From Octopus vulgaris (taxonomy: Eukaryota): DNA of 64,000 nucleotides. The stretch is taken from positions 139,500,001-139,564,000 of the forward strand of contig OX597815.1 of NCBI GenBank assembly GCA_951406725.2. The letters are read 5' to 3'. Positions within the stretch are counted from its first letter, which is position 1; each line of letters opens with the position of its first letter. The notes beneath the pieces were generated by a model. It was not told the origin of the DNA. It did no database searches and was given only the letters and a program-made list of their open reading frames with translations. The translations under genes and the position numbers were made by a program. Below are positions 51,159-64,000 of this stretch, piece after piece.

Positions 51159-52780
51159 CTGTGTGTGTGCGAGTATGTATGCATGTATGTATATCTATTT
51201 ATACACATTTTTGTTTGCTGTGTGTGCGTCTGTATGTCTATGTGCGCGTCTGTGTGTGGTATAGTGTGGCATGTGTGTGTGTGTGTGTGTGTCTGTGTGT
51301 GTGTGTGTGTGTGCTTGTGTGTCTGTGTCTGTGTGTGCGCATGTGTTTGCGAAATCAGCCAACAATTGTAGGAACGATATCCTGTGTCCTATATTTGCTT
51401 CCGTGGACCGTGCATCTGCTCTCTCCCCCCGCACCCGCCCCGCCGTTACCCTCACCTACCACCCTGCCTCTCTAACCACTATCCTCACAGGCACCCATCA
51501 TCGTCCCTATTATATCACTGACTCTTTTACATGCACTTCTAGCAACGTCTTTTACTGTATCACCTGCTCTTTCTGTTCTTCTCTGTACATCGATCAAACG
51601 GGACACCGCTTGGCTGACCGGTTCATGGAACACCTCCGAGACATTAGACTCGGCAACGACACCCCGGTTTCGCGCCATTTCCGCTCTACCGGTCATTCAT
51701 CACAACATCTGTCTGTGTTTGGATTATCCTTGCACAGGGGCCATCCAGACTCTCGCCTTCGCCGTGGACAGGAATTAATCTTCTCTCTTCGCTCTTCATC
51801 TCACACCTACTTCCTCTCTTCACTCCTACCCATCTCTCCTCTCCTCTCTTGCCCTGACACCTACTTCTTCTCTTCATTCCTAGCCACCTTCTCTCTTCCA
51901 TCTTCTCCCTTCCCCTTCTCCCTTCATCATTACCCCCTCTATCCACACCCCATCCCCTACACATCCCAATACATCCTAATCCCACCACCCACTCCACCCT
52001 CACATATTCCACTCCCACAACCTCACACCCCCACCACACACACATATCCCACTCCCACATACCCACCCTACCCATACATCTTCACCTCAAACCCACACCT
52101 CACCCTCACGTCCCACTCCCCACCCTCCCCGCAACATCACCACACCACACACCACTACACCACTCCACACCACCACAACACAATACACTACACATCATCA
52201 CACCACCACACTACACAACCACAAAACCACATCAAACCACCACAACACAATACACCACACATCACAATACACCACATCGCACCACTCCGCACACACTAGC
52301 ACTGACCACTTCCCAGCACCCACACCACACCACATCATGCCACACATCACACATCACACATCACACCACCTCACACACACTAGCACTGACCACTTCCCAG
52401 CACCCACACTATCATCCACACACCTACACACGCACACATCCACACGTCAAGGTCATCAGCCCCTATCTACATGCACACTTACGCACTCTCACATACTAAC
52501 GCGCGCGCACCTTTGTTTTGGGATCACCACTACTTTATTATCTCCCCTTCTTCCTGTCTGACCACCTCCATCCAACTAGCCGCCATGACTGACCGCTAGC
52601 CGCTAAAGCTTTTTTTTTTTGTTCTCTCTGTTTATTTTCTCGTGTTCCTTTCAGTTGAAGAGCGTAGGCTCGAAACATAAAAGACTTTCTCACCTTCCCG
52701 AACGTTAAACTAATACACCTGTTTCTTGTTTACACACCTGTCTTCGTATTTTGTTTTTTTTTTGTAAATTCCAACTATAT
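50905..52780 (+). mobile_element. Penelope-like element 3' part with GIY-YIG endonuclease remnant
   Basis: RTHNLRDILVHS...RCRTCPYL linker, then DSFTCTSSNVFYCITC..C..LYIDQTGHRLADRFMEHLRDI...PVSRHF...H, a C/A-rich tail and a 3' terminus like 1-135. Confidence 0.88.
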
Positions 52781-54044
52781 ATATATATATAGGTGCCACG
52801 CTTTAGGACTAAACCCGGAACCATGTGGTTGGGAAGCAAGCTTCTCACTACACAGAACCAACTTGTAAGTTTAGATTAAATTTCCATTTATCATACTGAT
52901 GTTACACACGCGAAATGTTAGTATATTTCTACCTATAATCTTATACCTAGCACTGATGTCAGTTTGTTAATACACAGACTGAATCTTCTGCATTCTTTTA
53001 TATATTTCCCAGCCAACCTCACCACTCATAGGCCAGCCTTGGCATATTTGTTTCATCCCATACACATCCATCAGCATATAAATATAGCAGATTTTCAACT
53101 TTTCTTTTGTATATGATTTTAAATTGTGCACATAGAAAACAATGGTAGGTAGTCTATCTACAGCATATATATAACCATAAATAGGTTCAGTCAAGATACA
53201 AGAGTAATTAAGATAAAGAATCGCTCTCACCAATTCCTCTTTGTCTCTAGACCAGACTTGTTTGATCATCTTCTCTTTATTTTGCTGTGTAATCGATTAG
53301 TGTCTCTGTATTGAGCCTACTTCTGTATATTGTTCCTAATATCAGATTGTGTGGTGCGTTGACCGTAATACTAGAATATAACATATTGTTGAAGATAATA
53401 ATCTATGCCATGCTCAGATTTTTTGTTCCTATTTTCCTTATCTTCAATAACTATTCGGTTTAGCTAAGTTTATTCTTTTTCTACATACATACTTTTTCTA
53501 TACCGTTTACTTCCTCTTGAAAGGTATTATACTATTCCAGATGAGCAACTGGTCTGTTGGGAGATATTTTGTTGATAAACAGCTTTAAAGTTTCAGTGGT
53601 TCTTGGTGTTGTATTTATTGTTGCTCAAACAATAAACATGGTTTTCCTCTCCAGAAAGCCATCGACTGTTGATTCTAGTCTTTGTATTAATAATTCATTA
53701 AATCTTGTTGCTATAACTCTAGTTATGCTAGAACAAGTTTGTGCCTTCTGCTTTTTCCTTGCTTTTTCCTTGTGCATCTTTATCATATTTAGTTTCACGT
53801 GTTTTCCTTTGTAATTGGATTTATATTAGATTAATATCGGATTTAATTGGATTCATATTGGATTAAATGTTTTCTACAATAACATTTGAATGTCTTGATA
53901 GAAATATATTTCGCATTTCTTTCGTTTATGTGTTGGAAGAAAATCGACCAAGTTTATGAAATTACTTTATCGACCACGTTTTTACCAAAAAAAACAACTG
54001 CTTTAGTTTTTGCCACTACCTGTGAAAAATAAGTACCGGCTCGA

Positions 54045-54270
54045 GTCTTTGACATCATAGGCCCGGTTACCCGGCTTCCATGACGTATGAGGGGATAGAG
54101 CTACAACATTCCCACTGAACTGGTGACTCATTTACAACCGAGTGGGCTGAAGCATCGTAAAATTAAATGCTTTCTTCAAGAACAAAAAGCAACATCCAGT
54201 TCGGGAATCGAAACCATGATGTTGTGGTTGTGAGTTCAACACACTAACCACTTGGCCACGCGCCTTCACT
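54045..54270 (-). mobile_element. tRNA-derived SINE, degenerate
   Basis: Minus strand ggcgcgtggccaagtggttagtgtg...ggtttcgattcccg head. The tail motif cataggcccggtt.cccgg is shared with family A. Confidence 0.7.
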
Positions 54271-57200
54271 TCCACTTCCTGTTCGGCCTCTATTTTCCTA
54301 ATATTTTATTTTATAAATATTTGCTCGCTTTGGGATTGTTTTTATCTTCTTTATTTACTTTTATATCTGATTTCGCTGAGTAAGGCTATGTACATTATCT
54401 TTGATGTCAATTTTGTATATTTCTACTGTTTTAAGTGATTGGTAACTTACTCTATTGGGACTGAAACCAGCCAGTTTGCATCGATATTGCTGAGGCAACT
54501 GAGTTTGCTTGCGTGAGGGCTTGGTCAGACTTTGCTAGTATTCCCTGGCGATGTTCGATTATCAGTAACATAGGAACTACGTCTCTGGCAATTAGATACT
54601 GCAGTTCGTATATTATTTTCATTGATGACTTGTTTTGATATGTTTTCTTTTAGCCATAATATTGTGTGACATAAAAGACATTTTGCTGTGATTGGTTGCA
54701 AAATGGCTTCTTTCGTTGTCTCTCGTAATCCTGCCGTCCTCGATTTTTCATAATTTTTTTCCATATGTTTTTACTTTGTATGAGGTATTTTCCTTTTGAG
54801 TGTTATCTTTCTGTTATGTTGTTATGTAAGAGGTCACGTGTTTTTTTGTGTTGCGAGAGTTTATCCGTATTTGTGTATTGTGAAGATTTATCTGTATTTA
54901 TGTATAGTCATCAGCCCTTACATTTTATTGTACCATTTGTATGGGTTTATCTATTTCCGCTTCCTGGATTTTCTTTATTGTGCATACTCACACATCCCAG
55001 GATTGTTTTCAGATTTAGTTGTTGTCATACACGCATTCTTCTATGTTTGGCTGGACCCTAATAATCGATACTTACAGGGTAAAATGCTAGCGATTAATAG
55101 GAAATCGACAAAAATATTTGGAAATCAACAATGTGACATAATACTTTAATTATTCAATGCCTTCTCACGGACATTTTTCAATACTGGATATTTCTCACTG
55201 GTCTCAATTATTAAGCTGCTGAAAACATTCTAGGTCTTGGGTATTAATGAACGGAAGTAATGAATAATGACAAAATTATGTGTCTCTATTCAAGGAAATG
55301 AACAGATATATAATACAGCCATTTCAAAGTAATTGAACAATTTAACCTTCTACATGGCAATTCTTAAAGTCATCTTTACTTTGCGTTGTTGAAGAAAATA
55401 TCTTACACTTCCCGGTATTGCTCTTTCGTATATCAATTTCTGGTGGGGTTTTTTCTTGATTTTGAATGATTCTAGCAGTGGGAAATGTTTACTTTCTGTT
55501 ACGGTTTCACTTTCTGGAAAAAAAAAAATACCCTCTGGTTTGTTTTGCTTTATTTATGTCTTTACAAGTTGGCCACGATCATACATTATTATTTGTTACT
55601 ATGAACAATATGCGTTCTGAGTTCAAATTCCGCCGAGGTCAATATTGCCTTTCATCCTTTTAGGGGTCGATAAAATAAGTGCCAGTTGAGCACTAGGGTC
55701 GATGTAATCGACTTAGCCGTCGAGGTTGCTGGCCCTGACAAAATTTGAAATCATTATAAACAATATATTGCGTTTATAATTCAGTAAAATGAGCTATGAA
55801 ATAGATTTCAGTTGTACTTATAGTAAATTTTACTTCGAGATTCGGTGATGCTATTGGATTTTGTACTTACAGAGTGCAATGAGTCTTGAAAAATTATGTT
55901 AGACATAGTCAACTTCTTATTCAACATTGAGCGTTTGTTTTCACTTTTTTTCCTTAGAACGGACCTGGTCATAAGCAGGGTCCCTTGTGAAGATTACACT
56001 TTTCTCATCCTTTCGGTGGGAAACGCAAGCATTTTTCCTCTATGATGGCTATAACGAAATACATTGAACTGCGAACAAAACTGAGAAAACTGAGAATATA
56101 CGCTATCCTTTTCTGCCCAGGGTAGAGAGGAAGTTCTAGTATCTTTTTCTTTTGATGGTGAGCATACCACTGTGATCGATTTCAATCAATACCAGGGGCA
56201 AGCAGGAAATATATTCCTCTCGGTATTTTCTAAAAAATAAATTCTAGTTCTCTTCATTTGTATTCTTTATTTTTCTAAATTATAATCGATTGTTCTAGTT
56301 TTCTGCATTTCTATCTAATATCCATCCTTTCTACGAATTCTTATTACTTTATTGTAACGCGTCATAAATCAATATCGTTTTCCCTTCCAAAATATAAAAA
56401 AAAAATGTTATTTTGTTTAAAACTTCGTCATCAACTGAAATCTATTTCCCTTCTGCTTCCAGGTTTCAAATCCTCATTCTCAATCAGGATATTCAGCGTC
56501 CCTGTTGCTTACACCTGAAAGACTTTCCGTTTATTCTCATTTTCTTTTAGTATAACATGGTAGTTTTATTGTTATTTAGTTAGTGTCACTTTTCAATAGT
56601 CAAACTACCTTTTATACAGCATTGTATTAAAATATGGTAAAAGTTTTCTTATCATATATTACAAATTTCATAACAAAAGATCATTTCAGTAAAGCATGTA
56701 TATATAGTTAAGGTGACGCCGTAATTATATATCTGAAGACGAATGCTGGAGAGCACAATGTATTTAGTTCCTGATATGTCTCCAGAGGCTACATTAATGT
56801 GCCTTTATGAATATTAAATATGCTTTAGAGTAAAAGCAAGGTTAATTTACTCATAATCTGTCTGAACGGAACATCTTGAGAATAATTTCAATCGATAATA
56901 AAATTCTGTTTCGCTGAATGCTTCGAATTGGCTCTACAACAATTGCCCAAATAATGAATTCTTTGCTGTTATCAATATGTCGCTATTGACTACGAACGTC
57001 ATGTAATTTGAAAGACGTTTAAACAAAATTTAGGTGCCGTACTCTCCCTTGTGGCTGAAGACATCCATTTCCTTTTATCGTCGGTCCTAATAAATTTAAC
57101 TATCTAAGACAATGATTAATGGTAATATGGGAATTTGGGTGAATTTTATGTGTAAAGTGAATTCCACAAACTTGTATGAAATTTATTGATATAATTGATA

Positions 57201-58771
57201 TATACAACCTATCCAAATCATTATTCTCCTATTATATGTTGCATAAAGCTGTATCATTTCATTATTTCAGGTAAAGCAAGTTAAATAATGTTTTAAATTA
57301 GTGATTAAACAGCACATTCTGAAAATTGCCTGCCAATTTCCAAGTCTGGGAAAACAACTACGTTACTGGTACTGTTAAATAAAGATGTTATATATACATA
57401 TATATATGTGGGGGGGGGGGGGCGTGTGTATGTATGTATGTATGTATGTCTGTATTATGTATGTATGTATGTATAAAACAAGCGTTTTTATTTACGTAAG
57501 CTAGGTTAGACTGAACACGTCAGAAATAACTATGATTTAAGTTAAATTTCATGAAAGAGAATACAGTTTTATGACAGAGAGGCTTAAAGACTGGCAGAAG
57601 TAATTTCAGGAAATTGGCAATGGCTGCTACATGTTTTCATGCTTCGGTATTTCTCATATCATTTTTTGCGTAAATTCCTTTGTGTTGTCAGTTCCATGCA
57701 GAAATATAACTAATCTTGTGAGAATTCTCTCCAATAACAGCTATTTAGGAAAAGTCCAGACTTTATGTCTCGTACATAAAGTTTGATATTACCCATATAA
57801 ACGAATTATTAATTGCCTGTGTTCGAAACTTACTCTGTCTCTTCTTCCCGTCGTCATATATAGCTAAGGGCTATGCGGTTTAACGTGTTGCGTCGATCAA
57901 TTACCGTCTTTTGAAAGTGACTAAATTAAAAACCCCTTTCTTGTTGCAGCTTTATAATTGCCAACAAAATAAACAAATCTAATGCGTACTCCATAACACC
58001 AGTAACATCGACGACTTTATATATTGCCTAACACAGTTTCTTTCTTATAAATCGGAGCTATTTCCACAATGGACATGCTATTGTAACATCTTTTCTTCCT
58101 TTCTTCACAGACAATTGCAATGTTCATATAATTATAATATTATGTGTATGTCTGCTTGCATGAACATGCATACTTATATGTTTATTTGTATACATACACT
58201 CATATATACATACATATATATATATATGTACAAGTAGAAAGCGAGAGGAGTGTTTATATTTGTGTGTGCATGTGTGTGTGAGTATGTATACATTTGGATG
58301 TATATACATAAGCATATATTTAAAAACAAAAATATTTCTTTGTCTTAGTATTGTATTGTAATAATTTTCCCCCAATTTTTCTGTCATTCTTCTCTTCTTT
58401 TTCTTCCTTCTCTTCTCTGCCTGAACTCCCTCCTTTTCTCCCTCTTCCATTCCTTGGTTCACGCTTTCCTTCCATATAACATCTCGCAACCACAACCTTG
58501 TATACACTTCGAACATACCGTCTCAATTCTCTAGCCTTCCCTTTTAACTCAAACTCACGTCCACTCCCATCTTCTCACTTATACGCTTTCCTCGCAGACA
58601 TACCCAATATCATCACACATACACACACACACACACACACATGCCTCTACTTAATCAAGCTACTATACGCCCGCACTTACTCACCTCTGTGCACATACAC
58701 ACATTACATCACCCTTGTATTCATCTTATTAGACAGATACACACACTCTCTCTCTCTCTCTCTCTCTCTCC

Positions 58772-58807
<36 letters not shown>

Positions 58808-59073
58808 TCAAGAGAACCGCATTCTCAGTAGGCGCTCTTATCCCCTCAGTTCTTTTCTTTCCTTCACAACCACTCTCCTCTTTCTCGATCCTCTTACGAT
58901 CTTCTGATGAAGCACAAACGTCCGAACCGTTAAGACTTGACTCTTTTAAGCTTTAAACTAATACTATATTCGTTAAACTTGTCATTAATGTGTTGTTTTG
59001 CTCTTTTCTTTTGTTCCTGACATTTATAATATGCATATGTGTGCGCGCGCGTGTGTGTATGCATATGTGCATG

Positions 59074-59107
<34 letters not shown>

Positions 59108-59284
59108 CGAGCAAAACGCACCCCGTCCAATGGACGGTGCTGAATCATATCTGCTGAATTTAAAGCAATCAGTATTTTCTTTTCATTAAAAAATAATTGA
59201 GCATGCCTTTATTTCAATATAATTTTTGGTTTTGTTAAACAAAGTTAAGGCAAAAAAGAAAAACCTTCTTGAGAAACCAAATAG

Positions 59285-59435
59285 TGTTACATATCGCTAA
59301 ATACATTATTTATATTATTTACATTTGACGGATATTTGTTCTCATGTTTGTTATTAACACAACGTTTCGGCTGATATATCCTCCAGCCTTCACCAGGTGT
59401 CTTGGGGAAATTACGAACCTGGGTTCTCTTTCCTA
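59285..59435 (-). mobile_element. Penelope-type terminal repeat with hammerhead-like core
   Basis: Minus strand CTGGTGA a-ggctg-gaggatatat-cagcc GAAAC gttgtgtt, with one substitution in the core. Confidence 0.55.
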
Positions 59436-59759
59436 GGCATGTATGCATACATACATACATAGTTTCATACATACATACACATATGCATGCATACATACAT
59501 ACTTTCATACACACACGCATGCATACATACGTTCATACATGCACGCATGCATACATACTTATAGATACACACATGCATACATACACACACATACATACAT
59601 ACGTACACACAAGCATACAAGCATAGACCCGTACATATGTACATACATACGTACATACCTGCATGCACGCATACATACATACATACATACATACATACAT
59701 ACATACATACATACATACATACATACATACATACATACATACATACATACATACATGGA

Positions 59760-60355
59760 TTATCCTGGTCTCTATACTTTCGCAGCTGCTCTTTGCAAGT
59801 ACTGCAGTGTGAGGTGTATGCCCACGACACGGAATTCCCCATCTTCACAGCTATAGAAGAGTACGCTTGGCATACAGCGACCTTTGTTGAAGAATAGAAA
59901 GTCATGTTCTGGAAATCTGCATTGAAGTTTCCCAAAGGTAGTCGACAAACGTTTTATACGATCTTGGATGAAATCATCAATGCAGTCATTTCCGGAGAGA
60001 ATATATCCCAGGTATTTGAAAGATGGCATTACTAACGGCTGTCCACCAGCAACATTGAAAAGAAACAGATCAAACAATGGCATACCATTTTTATTGCGGG
60101 AGTTATTACTGTTATTCCTATCCTGTCGTTACTCCTATTCTCATCGCCACAAGATGGCCAGTGTGATGATTTTCTCCAGTATATATTACAATAGCACTGT
60201 CATCTTCACACCACGGCTCCAGGACACAATATCTATAGAGTTTGGTGGTGGTGGGGGGGGGGGGGGGGGTTCGAGTCTCTTAACGTTATTGAGGTTGCCT
60301 TCTAGTTTGAAGTCCATTGTCACATCCTTTCAGATTTTTCGTTTTGGAGAAGTCT
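59760..60355 (-). mobile_element. RTE-clade LINE reverse-transcriptase fragment
   Basis: FKLEGNLNNVKRL...FKYLGYILS...IDDFIQDRIKRLSTTFGKL...TKVAV...LFYSCE. Confidence 0.75.
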
Positions 60356-62183
60356 GAATAAATAGGGAGAATATGTCAAAGAATACTGGTGCTATCACGC
60401 AGCCATTCTTCACTCACGCACGATTTCCGTTGAGCTCATTACGTGTAATTAATTACATCGAGACAGATGCATTGTTTGATAATTTTCATAACAAAGTCAT
60501 TGCATCACATGCCACTTCGCGATCAGTAAATTCGCTCTCATGCTTTTTTTGTGTGTGGAGAGTAACTACATCGGTAAACATTATTTCAAGCTTTTGTTTG
60601 CAGATTAAAAACTGCATTTCATTTTCAATGAACAAAAATTAACGACATAAAAAGAAATGTTAATATCTAATTCACACAATTTAAAGAAAACCAGTGTGAC
60701 TTAAATATAGATTAACAAAAAGAAATGCTAAGATTTTATAACATTTTAAGAAAACAAAATATGAACAATGCCGCTTAGATAATGCAATATTTTGTGATTT
60801 TGATAATTATTGACAACCTGTTGAATCCTCGCGGCACTATCTTGTTACGATGTTGGAATTTTATCGCACCGTCGATACATTGTTCTTCTTTTTCAAGATT
60901 TCTAAAAATGTCCATGTTTTTTTAAAATTTATTTTATATTTTATTTTCATTTATTTATTTATTTTGTATCTGAATTTCTTTAGCATTGCTAGTGAAATAC
61001 GACGTATTCACTTGCAAATAAAACCTTCAAATAATGTTTAGTAATTGCATTTACTCAGTACATAAAAAAATTGTAAGTAATGTTTAGCGATGTATTAGCT
61101 CTTTAATATGTGTTTTTACTCTGCTAGTGTATTTACTCTGACTGAAATTTGGCTTCAAACCGGGCAGCAATGTCAATGTTATAGTACCTTAACTCATCAG
61201 AAAGTAGGACATTTTCTAGAAGGATCATCAAAGATGCCATATCAATCCACCAGAGATTATAAGTTCTATATTTCCAGTCTTAGGTTGTATTATTTATTTT
61301 TTCGACTTGGAATGACCCAACGTGACGACTTATCTAAATCATTGATTGAATGAATAAAACTGGGTTACATTTTCTAGACCCTTCCCTATTTGGAATAAAG
61401 AGTTTTCTTCCTGAACGGGTCTGCTCAGTCGTGCAGGAATTAGTTGATAAACACTCCTTCCGTTCATGATTATCAATCAGCGGTCAAATACCTTGTGCTA
61501 TTACAATGCAAGGTTCTGTATAAGAATTCTCCACCTATATGTACATGTTACCGCTGCCACGCACTTCATCACTGTTAAACTTCAACTTATGAGGTTCAGA
61601 TGCTATTCTTCTTGGTCTTAGTTAACTAGCCGAGTAAGGAACAAAAATATCTTACGAAATCTACTCTGTTATTAATCCCCTGATGAAGTAACTTCCGGAC
61701 GCAAGTTTCTCGGAATAGCTGATCTCATATCATGGCTTCGGGAGACTATCAAATCTTTTGTCTGTTAGGCTCGCCTAAAGGGAACCGGTAAGGAATTGTT
61801 TTTCTCTTTAAGTGTACTATATCGAACTTTGCCGCCATGAAAGTACCACCGTTTGTTTGTGGGCTCAAAAAGTTCACGTCTTAATTTACGCTGACAAATA
61901 AAGCGGTACAATGTATCTTCACATTAAATTTCGTAATGACAAACGATTATGCAGCACGGGTATCATTTCCTAAATGTGTGTACTGTTTTAAACTAGCAGA
62001 AAACTAGAAAAAATACTTCATGGTGACCAAGAAAAACTTCATGGTGACCAGCACCGCACATTTTAAGTAAAAGTATTTTTCTCCCGTGTGTAAATATATA
62101 CACATATAAATACACGTTCATATGCACATGAATATACATGCATATATGCTCAAGTAGGAACATACACATTAGCAAATTTCATA

Positions 62184-62403
62184 AACGTGATAATTCCACT
62201 TTTCGATTTACATACAATATCCCCCATGTTATAAGACAATAGGCTGTGATTTCAGGAAATTTTACTGCTAACCCTAGCAGTATAAATGTTAAGAAGTCAT
62301 TTGAACTGATAGGGTTAGCAGTAAAGTTTCCTGAAATCACAGTCTATTGTCCTATAACCAGGAGGATATTGTATGTAAATCAAAAGGTGGCATTATCACG
62401 TTT
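62184..62403. repeat. ~105-bp-arm palindrome (MITE-like hairpin)
   Basis: e.g. ctgtgatttcaggaaattttactgctaaccctagcagt vs actgatagggttagcagtaaagtttcctgaaatcacag. Confidence 0.85.
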
Positions 62404-62849
62404 CACATGCCTAATTGTAGCCTTGTCGGCTAAGAGCTGACTTTATGCTAAACAGCATAAGCGAAAATTAATGAAAACTGGTTATTTGCCAACCCAATAC
62501 GTTATGTCATGTCAATGTACAGAAATATATTTGCTACAATTTACTAGAAGTGCTAAGAGAGAATGAAGTACAGTAAAGAAGTTGTCTGAGGTTGTTCGTA
62601 GATTTTAAAACTTCTGGTAATCATATAGTACGAAGTGTGTAGGAATTTGTCAAAGTCAGTGGTTACCTGGGTTTAGTTCTTTGAAAAGGGAAGTGTGAAA
62701 TTCGAACATAATTAGCTCGATAACATAATTAGCTTGATGTGTTCATTAATTAACGGAGATGAGTGTAAACGAATCATTAATATAAACCACACCATTATAT
62801 CGTGGAGTTTAAACTTGACTAGGAGAGACGAACTTTATCATTCTCTTAC

Positions 62850-62883
<34 letters not shown>

Positions 62884-63359
62884 GTGGCGATGACGGTGGT
62901 GAGGATGACGGCGATAATGGTATGAACCCGGAGTCTATGCGATAAATCTATTCATACATTTAGATAAGTGTTATAAATATTTAACTGCATTAGCTTCTGA
63001 CACTATTTAAACTAATAAAAGTGTCTACCATATATAATGTGTTTGCGTGTGTATATGTGTAAGCACCTGTGTAAGAATATGAATATACAAGAACGTATAT
63101 GCGTGTCCTTGTGCGTGAGAGTGTGTGTGTGATTATCCACAATGCAGTATTAGTGGATTGGATATTATCGTGTGCTGAAAATCTAAAAATAATCTATTTG
63201 ACTTCTTTAGTTTTCTTTTTTGTGGTTTTTCATATCCTACTATGTAATCTACATAAAAGCTGTCCTTTAATTTATAGCCATATTGTCCCCTATTCTGTAA
63301 AGATAAATAGTATCCCATACTTTGTGGACATAGCGTCAATCAATTTGCAAATGCAGCTT

Positions 63360-63950
63360 GCCGTATTTTGTATATATATTAATCAATATTTTTTGGAATA
63401 TTAATCGCATTTTCTTAAAATATGTTCAAAATATGGAATATTGTATATAGTCTCCTATATCTTGTAAATACAGTGTCTCAAATTTTGTATACATTTTGTC
63501 CCATATAATGTCCCATAGTTTGCATACATAATATCCTATAATTTATTGACACGGTGTCCCATAATTTGTATGCATAATGTTCTATAGTTTGTATACACAG
63601 CGTCCTATTCTTTGTGGGCCTAAACTGAATCCCATGTTTTTGTATACATAGTATATCATATTTTGTAGACATAATTAGTGTCCCATATTTTGCATATATA
63701 TCGTCCCATATTATAAATATGTGACGATAAATAGCGTCTTATAAATTATACCATTTTCTTGGTATACAAATCGAATTAGTATACGCATATAGTGTAAACA
63801 TTCGAATATCGTTACTGTCTTTCGAAATACTGCTGCATTTCACATAGAAGTTTTCATCATTCAGAATCGTTTTGCTGTATAAGTCGACCTACTTTTTTGG
63901 ATATAAATTTTGGCTTGAAAATTTCGACTTGTATGCCTTAAAATACGGTA
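63360..63950. mobile_element. Possible pogo/mariner-type non-autonomous element with internal ~30-bp tandem repeats
   Basis: Ends ccgtatttt ... aaaatacggta. Subterminal tataagtcga/tcgacttgta and repeated tgtcccata units. Confidence 0.5.
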
Positions 63951-64000
63951 TACAAGGTACCATATATATTGTAGAGACAGTATCTAACAGTCTGCCAATT

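Noticed and set aside
51271-52299. 342-aa ORF as an intact gene
   Set aside because: Only ~100 aa are a Penelope GIY-YIG remnant (YIG changed to YID); the rest is microsatellite or low complexity.
52950-53815. Possible non-LTR retrotransposon remnant on the minus strand
   Set aside because: Coding-like composition but no motif I could identify with confidence.

Overview
AT-rich, microsatellite-dense eukaryotic genomic DNA. The SINE families and repeat landscape suggest a cephalopod/octopus, which is my inference. I found no convincing host protein-coding exon; most short ORFs in the track are microsatellite artefacts. The main feature is a decayed, fully bounded endogenous Polinton/Maverick (adintovirus-like) element at about 8606-17445. 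It has degenerate AGTAGT-type terminal inverted repeats and a near-matching 6-bp target-site duplication. Recognisable gene remnants are RVE integrase with chromodomain, PLA2-like protein, packaging ATPase, minor capsid, core-like protein, dUTPase-like protein, gasderminX-like protein with tandem LYPxL/PTAP motifs, an amphipathic lytic-like protein, double-jelly-roll major capsid, adenain protease and a fibre-like repeat protein. No protein-primed PolB is recognisable between the two termini. The rest of the window is a mosaic of tRNA-derived SINEs, Penelope remnants (including an inverted pair of hammerhead ribozymes), Tc1/mariner relics, non-autonomous Helitrons, a hAT MITE, LINE fragments and foldback palindromes. 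All family assignments come from manual translation and motif recognition; no database searches were run.
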